The notes beneath the pieces are model-generated. The model saw nothing but the letters and a program-made list of their open reading frames with translations. It searched no databases and was not told the DNA's origin. Of a stretch of DNA of 60,497 nt, positions 48,265 through 57,854 are shown in pieces. Positions within the stretch are counted from its first letter, which is position 1. Every line of letters begins with the position of its first letter. A program made the position numbers and the translations under genes. Source of the DNA: Salinivirgaceae bacterium (GTDB taxonomy: Bacteria > Bacteroidota > Bacteroidia > Bacteroidales > SZUA-534); NCBI GenBank assembly GCA_016342715.1, contig JAEINW010000005.1:1-60497 (forward strand). Direction: 5' to 3'.

Positions 48265-50244
48265 ATGCTAGGAATTTTATATTCAATTAGAGAAAAAAGG
48301 AAGCTTATTGGCTTGCTGGTATTGGTATTTTTGAGCTGGTCAAATTTGATACTGGCAGATAATATACCTGATACTGTGCATATTGATGAAATTGTAATAT
48401 CATCGGAAAATATTAACCGTTTTCAAACCGGAGCTAAAATAGTAGAGATTGATGCTAAGCAGCTGGAGCTTTTGCAGGATGGGAATTTGGAACAGCTTTT
48501 GAGCAGAACTACACCAATCGCATTCAAAACAATGTCAGGTTCACTTTCAACTATTCGAGTTCGTGGTACCTCTCCCAATCATACAAGTGTAAATTTTGGA
48601 GGATTAAATATTAACTCCCTTACACTTGGTCATAGCAATGTGAGTAATATTCCCATGTATTTATTCGATAAAATTGGCTTGCAATACGGAAGTAGCAGTG
48701 CAGTAAATGGTTCGGGAAGTATTGGTGGCGCAGTTCATTTGGGATTAACTAATTATTGGGTTGATGGTTTTAAGGCCGAGGTTCGATCTGCTTTCGGTTC
48801 AACAGGCGAACAATTATATGGAACAAAATTGTTTTTTGGAAATGGGAAATGGGAAACAGTAACCAGAGCCTACTATTATTACAATAAGAATGAGTTCTCA
48901 TTTTTAAATTCGAGCACAGGTAACGTCGAAAATGGGAAAAAAATATTTGAAGATGTTCAGAAAAGTGCAAACATTGAGAATAAAGGATTGCTTCAAGAAT
49001 TCAATTACAAATTTGCTAAAAATGAAACTTTTAAATTGATGGCGTGGGTTGAGGATGATTGGCATTTAATTCAGCAAAACATGGCAACCAATTGGGATAA
49101 TCCGGACATGAGGGAGTCTTTGAAAGATGATAATATTCGATTATGGTCTACCTATAATAATCGCAAACACCTTTTCAAGTACCATATAGGTGCTGGATAT
49201 GTATTTGATAATTCTGTTTACAACAATACGAATGAAAAAATTAAAACTCAACGTGCTGTAGGTGATGCATATGTAGAACATGATATTAAGCCATATTTGA
49301 GTTATAAAATTGGATTAAAAGCTACAAAGGTTAAAACGGATGTATATTCTTATAATGGGAGTTTAGACGAAGAGAGGTTGGATATGTTTCTTCAGTTTAG
49401 ATATAAATTGTTTAATAAATTAGAATCAACCTTTAATTTAAGACAAGGGTTTGTTAGTGATTATTCGGTTCCATTTACGCCAACCCTTGGACTTTCATAT
49501 ATCCTAACATCAAAGGAGAAAATTCATATAAAAGTTACTGGAAATATTGCAAAAAATTATCGGGTTCCAACTTTTAACGATCGCTTTTGGGGGACTCAGG
49601 GCAATCCCGATTTATTTCCGGAAGATGGAATGAATTATGAATTGGGTTCGAAAATGAGTTTTTGGGATAGTAAAATATCTGGAAATCTTAGCTTGAGTAC
49701 TTTTTACATTGATGTAGAGAATTGGTTATTATGGGTTCCTGGAACAAATGATTGGTATCCAGAAAATGCACAACGAGTAATAAGTAAAGGTTTTGAATGG
49801 CAGGGTAGTATCAAAAATGATGTGGGATGGGGTAGTGTTAATTCTGGATTTGTGTATGCTTACACTTCCACACAAAGGATTAAACCCAAAAACTTTATTG
49901 ACAAGGAAAATGATCCAAGCTCAAATGCTTTTGGTCGGCAATTAGAATATGTGCCTTTGCATAGTTGTAAAATATATTCAAGCCTTGATTTTAAAAAATG
50001 GAGCGCAGGGTTCGATGGGCAAATGGTGCCTTGGCAGTACACTAATAAGGAGGAGGACGATATTCTTGATGGATATTTTATGCTGAACTTTAATATTCAA
50101 AGAGAAATAGAAATAGATAGCAAACATAAATTACAAATTAGGGCACTTATTAATAACATTCTTAACGTCAATTATCAATCAAGTTATGGTTATGCCATGC
50201 CACGCTTAAATTTTAAATTAAGTATAACATATAATTTTAACTAA
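48265..50244 (+). CDS. btuB: TonB-dependent cobalamin receptor
   Basis: Plug IRVRGT...GSGSIGGAV, YRVPTFNDRFW, C-terminal YNFN; B12 riboswitch upstream. Confidence 0.87.
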   Translation: MLGILYSIREKRKLIGLLVLVFLSWSNLILADNIPDTVHIDEIVISSENINRFQTGAKIVEIDAKQLELLQDGNLEQLLSRTTPIAFKTMSGSLSTIRVRGTSPNHTSVNFGGLNINSLTLGHSNVSNIPMYLFDKIGLQYGSSSAVNGSGSIGGAVHLGLTNYWVDGFKAEVRSAFGSTGEQLYGTKLFFGNGKWETVTRAYYYYNKNEFSFLNSSTGNVENGKKIFEDVQKSANIENKGLLQEFNYKFAKNETFKLMAWVEDDWHLIQQNMATNWDNPDMRESLKDDNIRLWSTYNNRKHLFKYHIGAGYVFDNSVYNNTNEKIKTQRAVGDAYVEHDIKPYLSYKIGLKATKVKTDVYSYNGSLDEERLDMFLQFRYKLFNKLESTFNLRQGFVSDYSVPFTPTLGLSYILTSKEKIHIKVTGNIAKNYRVPTFNDRFWGTQGNPDLFPEDGMNYELGSKMSFWDSKISGNLSLSTFYIDVENWLLWVPGTNDWYPENAQRVISKGFEWQGSIKNDVGWGSVNSGFVYAYTSTQRIKPKNFIDKENDPSSNAFGRQLEYVPLHSCKIYSSLDFKKWSAGFDGQMVPWQYTNKEEDDILDGYFMLNFNIQREIEIDSKHKLQIRALINNILNVNYQSSYGYAMPRLNFKLSITYNFN

Positions 50245-50263
50245 ATATTAATATAACTCAATT

Positions 50264-51358
50264 ATGAAAACAAGATTATTACTTGCTGCTATTTTAGTTG
50301 CTGTTTTTTCTGTATTTGTATCATGTACAAAAGATGATGATAATACGAACCCCGTTGTTGAAAATGCTATAAAAGGCAAATACATTATTAATTATGGTAA
50401 TTATACAGGAACAAAATCGAGCATAAGCCTTTTTGATACAGAAAAGGATGAAATGATTAATAATTATTATTCGACAATTAATGATATTGATCCAGTATCG
50501 AACTATCAATATGCATATAGTTATGAGGGGAAAGTATATTTCATGGGGAATAATGTTGATAAAATAACATATGTAGATAATCAAACTTTTGTACAAACAG
50601 AAAATGGTATTAGTAATGAAATAGTAAAGCCAAGGTGTTGTGTAGCAAATGGTAATACTTTGTATGTTTCTTGTTGGGGTGGCGATGTTTGGGTAGATAA
50701 TACAGTTTCCTATATTGCAAAAGTTGATTTGACTACAATGGCTGTATCGAAAATAGCTCTTCCTGGTGGACCTGAAGGTTTAGTAATAGCAAATGGGAAA
50801 TTATATGCAGCATTAAATTACATAGACAAAGTAGCATCGATAAATCTTGAAAATGATGAAGTTTCTTTAATTGATATGCCTACAATGTCTACTTATTTTA
50901 TTAAAGATAAAGATGATAATTTATATGTTTCAATAGTAGGTTATTATGGTGAAGTTTCTGATTCTTTAGGTTTAGGATATATAAATACAACTACAGATAA
51001 ACTAGAAAATGTTTATCCACTTTCAGGAATAAGCTCAAGCTATGGTAGTCAAATTGCTGCAAACAGCGATTTAACAAAACTATATGCTGTTGCGGCAAGT
51101 TATAATGCAATCTGGGAACTTGTTGGTTCAGTGGCAGAATTTGATATGAATACTAAATCTTTTGCTTCTGAGATGTTTGTTGAAGGAATTGTTGGAATAA
51201 ATGGAGTTTCTGTTGATGCTGAGACGAATAATGTTATGGTATTAAAAACAGCAGGAGCTGATGCTAACGGAAGTGTATCCTCGTATAAAAAAGATGGAAC
51301 TTTTATAAAAGAATATACAGTAGGAATTGCTCCAGGTATGTTATTAACTGTTGAGTAA
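50264..51358 (+). CDS. btuG: Surface beta-propeller B12-binding lipoprotein (BtuG/YncE-like)
   Basis: Lipobox FVSC followed by TKDDD surface-export-like signal; PR...LYVSCW, GPEGL propeller blades; follows btuB. Confidence 0.75.
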   Translation: MKTRLLLAAILVAVFSVFVSCTKDDDNTNPVVENAIKGKYIINYGNYTGTKSSISLFDTEKDEMINNYYSTINDIDPVSNYQYAYSYEGKVYFMGNNVDKITYVDNQTFVQTENGISNEIVKPRCCVANGNTLYVSCWGGDVWVDNTVSYIAKVDLTTMAVSKIALPGGPEGLVIANGKLYAALNYIDKVASINLENDEVSLIDMPTMSTYFIKDKDDNLYVSIVGYYGEVSDSLGLGYINTTTDKLENVYPLSGISSSYGSQIAANSDLTKLYAVAASYNAIWELVGSVAEFDMNTKSFASEMFVEGIVGINGVSVDAETNNVMVLKTAGADANGSVSSYKKDGTFIKEYTVGIAPGMLLTVE

Positions 51359-51487
51359 GTCAATTGTTAGAATAAAAATTAATTGCAAACTATTTATAAT
51401 TCTTATTGGTGCATTGATTGATTTTGCCTCAATAAAAAATCAGGTTTGGTGACTGTTGAAATTAGATATCAAACTGATGTTTTACAT

Positions 51488-51517
51488 ACAACCCCATTTT
51501 GTTTTTAATGGGGTTGT
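51488..51517 (+). terminator. Hairpin downstream of btuG
   Basis: ACAACCCCATT...AATGGGGTTGT. Confidence 0.55.
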
Positions 51518-51547
51518 TCCTTATTTTAAATTTGTAAAGAATAAGCC

Positions 51548-52057
51548 ATGACAAAAATTACATTCATAACCGGAGGAGCTCGATCGGGTAAAAGTAGCTT
51601 TGCTCAAAAGCTGGCTGAGGAGCTTTCTGCTTCACCTGTTTATTTGGCCACTGCTCGAATTTGGGATAAGGATTTTCAAAAACGGGTGAACAGACATAAA
51701 GCCGAAAGAGGCGAACACTGGCAAACCATTGAAGAAGAAAAGCAGTTAAGTACATTGATTTTGCATGATAAAACGGTGGTGCTCGATTGCATTACGCTAT
51801 GGTTAACCAATATTTTTCATGACAATAAATACCATGTTGAAAAATCGTTAGCCGAAGCAAAAAAAGAATGGGATAAATTTGTCAGAAATGATTTTCAATT
51901 ACTGGTAGTTAGCAATGAACTAGGAATGGGAGTTCATCCTGAACATGAATCGGCAAGAAAATTTATCGATTTGCAGGGCTGGATGAATCAATACATTGCA
52001 AACACTGCTCATATTGTTTATTTAATGGTATCGGGCTTGCCTGTTAAAATAAAGTAG
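51548..52057 (+). CDS. cobU: Adenosylcobinamide kinase / phosphate guanylyltransferase
   Basis: TGGARSGKS, YLATA, RH..R, DCITLWLTN, VSNELGMG. Confidence 0.95.
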   Translation: MTKITFITGGARSGKSSFAQKLAEELSASPVYLATARIWDKDFQKRVNRHKAERGEHWQTIEEEKQLSTLILHDKTVVLDCITLWLTNIFHDNKYHVEKSLAEAKKEWDKFVRNDFQLLVVSNELGMGVHPEHESARKFIDLQGWMNQYIANTAHIVYLMVSGLPVKIK

Positions 52058-52072
52058 ATGGATGAGAAGAAG

Positions 52073-52191
52073 AGAGTCTGAAAGGCTCTAATAACTATAA
52101 CTTGGGGCAACGCCTCAAGTAAGCATACACGGAACAAAAAAATCGTCGCAAGTAGTTTGTTTATTTATAATTGAAGAGAAGCATGCGACGA
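52073..52191. repeat. Three-hairpin element homologous to 47777-47890
   Basis: GAGTC-TGAAA-GGCTC, CTTGGGGCAACGCCTCAAG, TCGTCGCA-N33-TGCGACGA. Confidence 0.6.
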
Positions 52192-52230
52192 AAACTTGGA
52201 TAACATTTACTTGCTAAAGTATTGAAAATA

Positions 52231-53229
52231 ATGAAAGAACAATTACAGCATAAAATAGATTTTAAAACAAAACCGCTCAGATCGCTAGGTAAATTGGAAG
52301 AAGTAGCCTTAAAAATTGGAATGATCCAGAATACCTTAACTCCTGAATTGAAAAACCCAACCCATCTGGTATTTGCCGCCGACCATGGTTTGGCAGACGA
52401 AGGTGTCAGTCCTTATCCAAAAGAAGTAACTTATCAAATGGTTATGAATTTTTTAAATGGCGGAGCTGCAATCAATATTTTTTGTCGTCAAAACGATATC
52501 AAGCTCAAAGTAATTGATGCTGGTGTAGATTTTGATTTTCCAGCGGAAAGTAATCTGATTCATGAAAAGATTGCAAGAGGTAGTAAAAATATTTTGAAAG
52601 AGCCTGCCATGTCAATGGAAACTTGTCAGCAAGCCATGGATAAAGGAAAAGAAATATTAAATGCAGAATTTGATAAGGCTTGTAATATTATCAGTTTTGG
52701 TGAAATGGGAATTGGCAATACATCGGCTGCAGCTTTGCTTTTGAATAAATTTACCGGATTAGCTATTGAAGAATGTACAGGTCGTGGAACCGGACATAAT
52801 GATGCTGGATTGAAAAAGAAAATTTCAATTTTGAAAGAGGCTTCAACAAAACATCAGGTCAATTCTCCAAAAGAAATACTTGCTGCTTATGGAGGACTTG
52901 AAATTGCCATGATGTGTGGTGCTATGTTGCAAGCCAAAGAAAATAATATGACCATTCTGGTGGATGGTTTTATAGTAACATCGGCTTTATTAGTGGCTTA
53001 TGAAATGGATAAATCTATATTGGATAACTGTATTTTTTGTCATCACTCACAAGAAAAGGCACACAAACATATGTTGGCTCATATGGGTGTTGAGGCTTTG
53101 GTAAATTTGAATATGCGACTTGGCGAAGGTACTGGAGCAGCGGTTGTTTATCCTATAATTAAATCAGCTGTGCTATTTTTAAATGAAATGGCTAGCTTTG
53201 AAGATGCCGGAGTAACTAATAAAGACTAA
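52231..53229 (+). CDS. cobT: Nicotinate-nucleotide--dimethylbenzimidazole phosphoribosyltransferase
   Basis: KTKPLRSLGKLE, FAADHG, GEMGIGNT, MRLGEGTGA. Confidence 0.95.
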   Translation: MKEQLQHKIDFKTKPLRSLGKLEEVALKIGMIQNTLTPELKNPTHLVFAADHGLADEGVSPYPKEVTYQMVMNFLNGGAAINIFCRQNDIKLKVIDAGVDFDFPAESNLIHEKIARGSKNILKEPAMSMETCQQAMDKGKEILNAEFDKACNIISFGEMGIGNTSAAALLLNKFTGLAIEECTGRGTGHNDAGLKKKISILKEASTKHQVNSPKEILAAYGGLEIAMMCGAMLQAKENNMTILVDGFIVTSALLVAYEMDKSILDNCIFCHHSQEKAHKHMLAHMGVEALVNLNMRLGEGTGAAVVYPIIKSAVLFLNEMASFEDAGVTNKD

Positions 53230-53269
53230 TTATTTAATAATAGATCAGGTTTATCTTTCAACGATATAA

Positions 53270-53284
53270 AAACCTGACAGGTCT
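53270..53284. repeat. Short REP-like palindrome
   Basis: AAACCTGACAGGTCT; exact reverse complement at 56095-56109. Confidence 0.5.
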
Positions 53285-53304
53285 TATTGGATTTTGAAAT
53301 AAAT

Positions 53305-54081
53305 ATGCGAAAAGAACTAAAAATATTCTTCACAGCCCTGATGTTCTACACACGGTTCCCGGTGCCTAAAAGCACAGGTTTCTCTAACGAAAATTTAAAC
53401 AGAGCTACAAAATATTTCCCCCTGATTGGTTATATAGTTGGAGGTTTGGGTGCTTTAGTTTTTTTTGCAGCCAATCAGTTTTTATCGGTGCAAATTTCCA
53501 TAATAGCAAGCTTGTGTTTAATGATATTAGCAACAGGAGCTTTTCATGAAGATGCTTTGGCAGATTTTTGCGATGGTTTTGGTGGTGGCTATGGAGTTGA
53601 AAATATTTTAAAAATAATGAAGGATAGTCATATTGGAACTTATGGTACGGTTGGCTTAATTCTTTTATTATTTTCGAAATTTGCTTTATTAACTGAAGTT
53701 GATGTGAAAACAATTCCTATACTAATAATTGTTGGCCATGTAGTAAGCAGAGTAAATACTGTTATTTTAATTTTTAGTTCAAGCTATGTTCGCGATTCCT
53801 ACGGAAGTAAATCAAAACCAGTGGGCGAAAAGCATAAAAATGTTGATTTAGTAGTTGCTCTTTTTATAGGTTTAGTTCCCTTGTTTTTGCTGCCGCTTTA
53901 TTGTATCCCTGTAATTTTATTAGTTCTATCAGCAATCTTTTTATATTTCCGTTATTACATCCATAAAAAAATTGGCGGATACACAGGCGATGTTTTAGGA
54001 GCCTTACAACAATTCTCTGAGGTGGGTATTTATGTTTCCTTTTTTTTAGCACAATATCTTTATGCATTTATATCTAGTTAG
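53305..54081 (+). CDS. cobS: Adenosylcobinamide-GDP ribazoletransferase
   Basis: FYTRFP, TGAFHEDALADFCDG, IMKDSHIGTYG, GGYTGDVLGA. Confidence 0.95.
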   Translation: MRKELKIFFTALMFYTRFPVPKSTGFSNENLNRATKYFPLIGYIVGGLGALVFFAANQFLSVQISIIASLCLMILATGAFHEDALADFCDGFGGGYGVENILKIMKDSHIGTYGTVGLILLLFSKFALLTEVDVKTIPILIIVGHVVSRVNTVILIFSSSYVRDSYGSKSKPVGEKHKNVDLVVALFIGLVPLFLLPLYCIPVILLVLSAIFLYFRYYIHKKIGGYTGDVLGALQQFSEVGIYVSFFLAQYLYAFISS

Positions 54082-54610
54082 GCATACACAAGTTGATGTT
54101 CCAAGGGGAATGTGTTATGGTCGAACCGAGGTAGGCCTGGCAAAAACTAATTTGGCTGAATTTGGAGTGGTGGCTAAAAATTTGGAAGGGATTAAATTCA
54201 AATACGTTTATTCTAGTCCCTTATTAAGATGTTTGAAACTTGCTAACTTCTTAAATGAAAAATTAGACTTGCCTAAAATTATCATTGATGATCGTTTACA
54301 AGAATTAAATTTTGGAGTTTGGGAAACCAAACTGTGGTCAGATATTGAGCAAATGGAATATGCTACAGGATGGTTTCACGATTTTGTAAATATTCCCTGT
54401 CCCAATGGAGAAAGCTATTTGCAGTTAATTTCCAGAGCAAAATCATTTATTCATGATTTTAAAATGATGGATACTAACAATAATATTTTAATTGTAACAC
54501 ATGGGGGAGTGGTTCGAGCTATAAATCTGCTTATTAAAAACATTGATCCTTTAAAGGCCTTTGATTTGGAAGTAGATTATGGGCAAATAATAAAACTGGA
54601 AATAAATTAG
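54062..54610 (+). CDS. cobC: Alpha-ribazole phosphatase
   Basis: Histidine phosphatase LVRH, SSPL.RC, ELNFG.WE, GES, VTHGGV in cob operon. Confidence 0.9.
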   Translation: MHLYLVRHTQVDVPRGMCYGRTEVGLAKTNLAEFGVVAKNLEGIKFKYVYSSPLLRCLKLANFLNEKLDLPKIIIDDRLQELNFGVWETKLWSDIEQMEYATGWFHDFVNIPCPNGESYLQLISRAKSFIHDFKMMDTNNNILIVTHGGVVRAINLLIKNIDPLKAFDLEVDYGQIIKLEIN

Positions 54611-54616
54611 TACAAA

Positions 54617-56083
54617 ATGAATAAGCTTCGACCCATAATGTTTGTAGGAACCGGTTCCGACGTTGGAAAATCCATTATTAATGCGGCTTTTTGTCGCATT
54701 TTTTTGCAAGATGGCTTTAAACCTGCACCTTTCAAAGCTCAAAATATGTCACTGAATTCATATGCAACTCCCGATGGATTAGAGATTGGTCGAGCACAAG
54801 CGGTTCAGGCCGAAGCGTGTGGTTTGGAAAGTAAGGTTGAAATGAATCCTATTTTGCTAAAGCCTACTTCGGAGATGAATGCCCAGATAGTTTTAAACGG
54901 AAAACCTTTGGGGAATAAATCAGCATCGGAATATTTTTTAGGAAGCGATCGTGATGCGTTGTTTGCAGAAGTAATGAAATCATATGATAAGTTATTTGAG
55001 CATTATAATCCTCTTGTAATTGAAGGAGCTGGTAGTATTTCAGAAATGAATTTATGGGATAAGGATATTGTAAATATGCGAGTAGCATTGGCAAGTAATG
55101 CGGCAACTTATTTAATTGCTGATATTGATAGAGGTGGTGTGTTTGCTAGTGTTTATGGTAGCATAAAATTATTACCTGCAGAGGAAAGAAAGTTGATAAA
55201 GGGAATTATCATAAATAAATTCCGTGGCGATTTAGCTTTATTTGAAGATGGAAAGAAAATGCTGGAAGAACTATGTGGAATTCCAGTAGTAGCAATTATT
55301 CCTTATTATCGCAATATTTTTATTGACGATGAAGATTCAGTGGTTCTGGACAAAAAGATTGCTAAGCTAAAAACTAAGAAGCTCAATATTGTTGTAGTTT
55401 TATTAAAACACATGAGCAATTTTACCGACTTTAATGTGTTGGAACGAATTCCTGAAGTAAATCTATTTTATACCCACTCGGCTGATGATGTTATTAGCTC
55501 TGATATTGTAATAATACCTGGTAGCAAAAATACCATTGAGGATTTAATATATTTGCGAAAATCGGGAATGGCAAAAGCCATTTTACAGGCACATGATTCG
55601 GGTAAAGCAGTTTATGGAATTTGTGGTGGTTTTCAAATGATGGGCGATGAAATATTCGATCCACAGCATTTGGAAAGTGAAGTGGAAGTAATAAAAGGCT
55701 TGGGTTTACTTCCGGTTAAAACCATTTTAACTCCTGAAAAAACAACTGAACAGTGTGAATTTAAATTTCAGAATAATACGGAAGTTTGCAAGGGATATGA
55801 AATTCATATGGGAGAAAGCATGTCGGATAATAAATCACCTCTTGCTATACTATGTAATGGTAAAAAAGATGGTTACATAAAAAACTCAAAAATATGGGGT
55901 ACATATATTCACGGAATTTTTGACAATATTTCAGTAATAAAAGAAATTGTGAAAGTTAATGGGGGAGATGATGTTCAGGATTTTGATTTGAACGATTTTA
56001 AGCAAGCTCAGTACAATAAACTAGCTGATCTTGTGCGAGAATGTTCTGATATGGATTATATATATAAAACTCTAAAGGAATAG
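54617..56083 (+). CDS. cobQ: Cobyric acid synthase
   Basis: GTGSDVGKS, PFKAQNMSLNS, IEGAGS, SNFTDF, GICGGFQM, GYEIHMG, GTYIHG. Confidence 0.96.
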   Translation: MNKLRPIMFVGTGSDVGKSIINAAFCRIFLQDGFKPAPFKAQNMSLNSYATPDGLEIGRAQAVQAEACGLESKVEMNPILLKPTSEMNAQIVLNGKPLGNKSASEYFLGSDRDALFAEVMKSYDKLFEHYNPLVIEGAGSISEMNLWDKDIVNMRVALASNAATYLIADIDRGGVFASVYGSIKLLPAEERKLIKGIIINKFRGDLALFEDGKKMLEELCGIPVVAIIPYYRNIFIDDEDSVVLDKKIAKLKTKKLNIVVVLLKHMSNFTDFNVLERIPEVNLFYTHSADDVISSDIVIIPGSKNTIEDLIYLRKSGMAKAILQAHDSGKAVYGICGGFQMMGDEIFDPQHLESEVEVIKGLGLLPVKTILTPEKTTEQCEFKFQNNTEVCKGYEIHMGESMSDNKSPLAILCNGKKDGYIKNSKIWGTYIHGIFDNISVIKEIVKVNGGDDVQDFDLNDFKQAQYNKLADLVRECSDMDYIYKTLKE

Positions 56084-56094
56084 ATTGATTTAAT

Positions 56095-56109
56095 AGACCT
56101 GTCAGGTTT
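56095..56109. repeat. Short REP-like palindrome
   Basis: AGACCTGTCAGGTTT, reverse complement of 53270-53284. Confidence 0.5.
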
Positions 56110-56142
56110 TAATTTTAGGCCTATTGATTATAAAACTAATTG

Positions 56143-56721
56143 TTAGGTTTCTGCCAACCTTCCGTCTAATTCTAACTGATCGGCAATTTTTGCCATTCCT
56201 TCAATGGTAAGGGTAATGATTTCAGTTAGTTCCATTTCCATCAATTCGGCACCTTTTTCAATAATGCTGCGGTCAATTTTTGCTGCAAAATTTTTATTGT
56301 TCCATTTCTTTTTAACCGATTTAGCAGTCATATCTAGAATGCTTTTGGTAGGCCTAACTAAAGCCGATGTGGTTACCAAGCCTGTTAATTCATCAATAGT
56401 AAAAAGTGTTTTTTCAAGAAGCGATTCTGGTTTAATATCATTACAAGTCCCCCAAGCATGGCTTAATACAGCGCGAATATATTCTTCGGGCCAATTGTTT
56501 TCTTTTAAAATCTCTTCGGTTTTTATACAATGCTGTTCTGGAAATTTTTCGTAATCCAAGTCGTGAACCAAACCAATAATTCCCCAAAGCTCTTCATCTT
56601 CATTAAAATGTTTGGCAAAATGACGCATGGTAGCTTCAACTGCTAAGCCATGTTTTACTAAACTTTGCGTTTTGTTGTACTCTTTTAAAAGTTCAAAAGC
56701 TTGTTCTCTTGTTGGTTTCAT
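56143..56721 (-). CDS. HDIG-domain metal-dependent hydrolase
   Basis: LVKHGLAVEA, GLVHDLDYE, DELTGL, SVKKK..K.FAA. Confidence 0.88.
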   Translation of the reverse strand: MKPTREQAFELLKEYNKTQSLVKHGLAVEATMRHFAKHFNEDEELWGIIGLVHDLDYEKFPEQHCIKTEEILKENNWPEEYIRAVLSHAWGTCNDIKPESLLEKTLFTIDELTGLVTTSALVRPTKSILDMTAKSVKKKWNNKNFAAKIDRSIIEKGAELMEMELTEIITLTIEGMAKIADQLELDGRLAET

Positions 56722-56876
56722 ATAATATTTTTTAATTTGCTTACGAAAAATATAAAATTTCCACGCAAAGATCGCAATGATTTAACGCAAAAAACGCAAA
56801 GAAATAAATAATTCTTTGCGTTTTTTTTGAATTTTATTTTTTGAGCTTTGTTGGTATAGCTTTTATTTTATCAATT

Positions 56877-57057
56877 CCCAGCTCCCGCACTAATGACTGA
56901 TTAAAAAAACGAAGCTCGTGCGCATGTCCTCACGCGTTCGTTGTAAACAAAAGAAATTAAAATAAGATATAAGCCTAGCAAAAATGTTAGGCTTTTTTTT
57001 AATAAAGTTAGCCCTTTAGTTATTAATTTGACCACACGAGAGGACTCGTGCGGCAGC
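56877..57057. repeat. 181-bp REPIN-like element, copy 1
   Basis: Direct repeat of 58001-58181 (3 mismatches); two inverted REP hairpins with TCCT loops and an internal terminator-like hairpin. Confidence 0.9.
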
Positions 57058-57097
57058 AGCGCAATCGCGCACTAGAGGGACGGTAGCGGAGAAGGAG

Positions 57098-57443
57098 TAG
57101 ACCTTTGTCTAAAGCAAGAAAATATGAAAAGTGGAGCTGTGGAGCTTTCTCCATTGTAAGAAAGAACGAAAGGTGAAGGCATGGATATTTGCCCATTGCA
57201 TCGGAATGACAAAGAAAGGCATGGAGATTTGTCCAAAGTAAGAAAGGATGACCGGTGGACTCGTGGAGATTTGTCCAAAGCAAGAAAGGACGAAAAGTGA
57301 AGGTATGGAGATTTGTCCATTGCATAGGAATGACAAAGAAAGACATGGAGATTTGTCCAAAGTAAGAAAGGACGACCGGTGGACTCGTGGAGTTTTGTCT
57401 AAAGCAAGTAAAAACTGAAAGTGGCGGTGTGAAAGTACCTCCA
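57098..57443. repeat. Degenerate 40/42-bp tandem array (8 units plus a partial ninth)
   Basis: Core TGGAGATTTGTCCA-like at 57098, 57140, 57182, 57222, 57264, 57306, 57346, 57388, 57430. Confidence 0.88.
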
Positions 57444-57515
57444 TGGCTTGAAAATTCCAACAGAGTAATTGAGGGGGTTTGTACCTGCTAAAAAAATACA
57501 AGTGTAGACATTGTA

Positions 57516-57546
57516 CCCCTGCTGGCGCGAGCTTTCAGCTCGTGTC
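57516..57546. repeat. REP copy immediately 3' of the transposase
   Basis: CCCCTGCTGGCGCGAGC-TTTCA-GCTCGTG, same GCT-nnn-hairpin layout as the REPs in the 181-bp element. Confidence 0.65.
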
Positions 57547-57616
57547 CAATTATTTATAGCTCATCAATTTTTATTACTCCGTTACCATCAGTAAAATTGG
57601 AAGCGCTACTATAGTT

Positions 57617-57641
57617 ACCTTCGGTGAGCTCGTAAACTCGG
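57617..57641 (-). mobile_element. 25-nt mini-insertion with AA duplication (in frame)
   Basis: TGG-AA[CCGAGTTTACGAGCTCACCGAAGGT]AA-CTAT; removal restores HWNYSSA. Confidence 0.7.
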
Positions 57642-57825
57642 TTCCAGTGGTGAGGCTCCAAAACAAAACCAGATTCCACTGGATTGTAATGTATATAATC
57701 CAATTTTTGCTGAATTACATCAATGCTCCATAATTCAATCGGTTTATTGTGTTGTTGCCAAAACTGTCGCTTTTTAACATTACTATTCTTTCTACCTGCC
57801 CTTTCCATCATCCAAAGTAACCATT

Positions 57826-57854
57826 ATTCGCAAAGCTCATGAGGGCTAAAGCCG
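57826..57854 (-). mobile_element. 29-nt mini-insertion with AA duplication (frameshifting)
   Basis: AAAG-AA[CGGCTTTAGCCCTCATGAGCTTTGCGAAT]AA-TGG; removal restores SRKEWLLWMM. Confidence 0.75.

Noticed and set aside
3757-56554. Numerous 60-170 aa antisense or alternate-frame ORFs nested in well-supported genes
   Set aside because: Shadow ORFs of confidently identified CDSs with no independent motifs
56763-56828. ACGCAAAG-type short repeats and hairpin upstream of the HDIG gene
   Set aside because: Looks like a common low-complexity intergenic repeat or terminator-like hairpin; no further support
57098-57443. CRISPR array
   Set aside because: Core is only ~14 bp and degenerate, inter-core segments are homologous or duplicated, and there are no cas genes
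57023-57501. Three overlapping minus-strand ORFs (145, 82 and 130 aa)
   Set aside because: Products of the stop-poor tandem array; the same peptides recur across frames because of the 40-bp units
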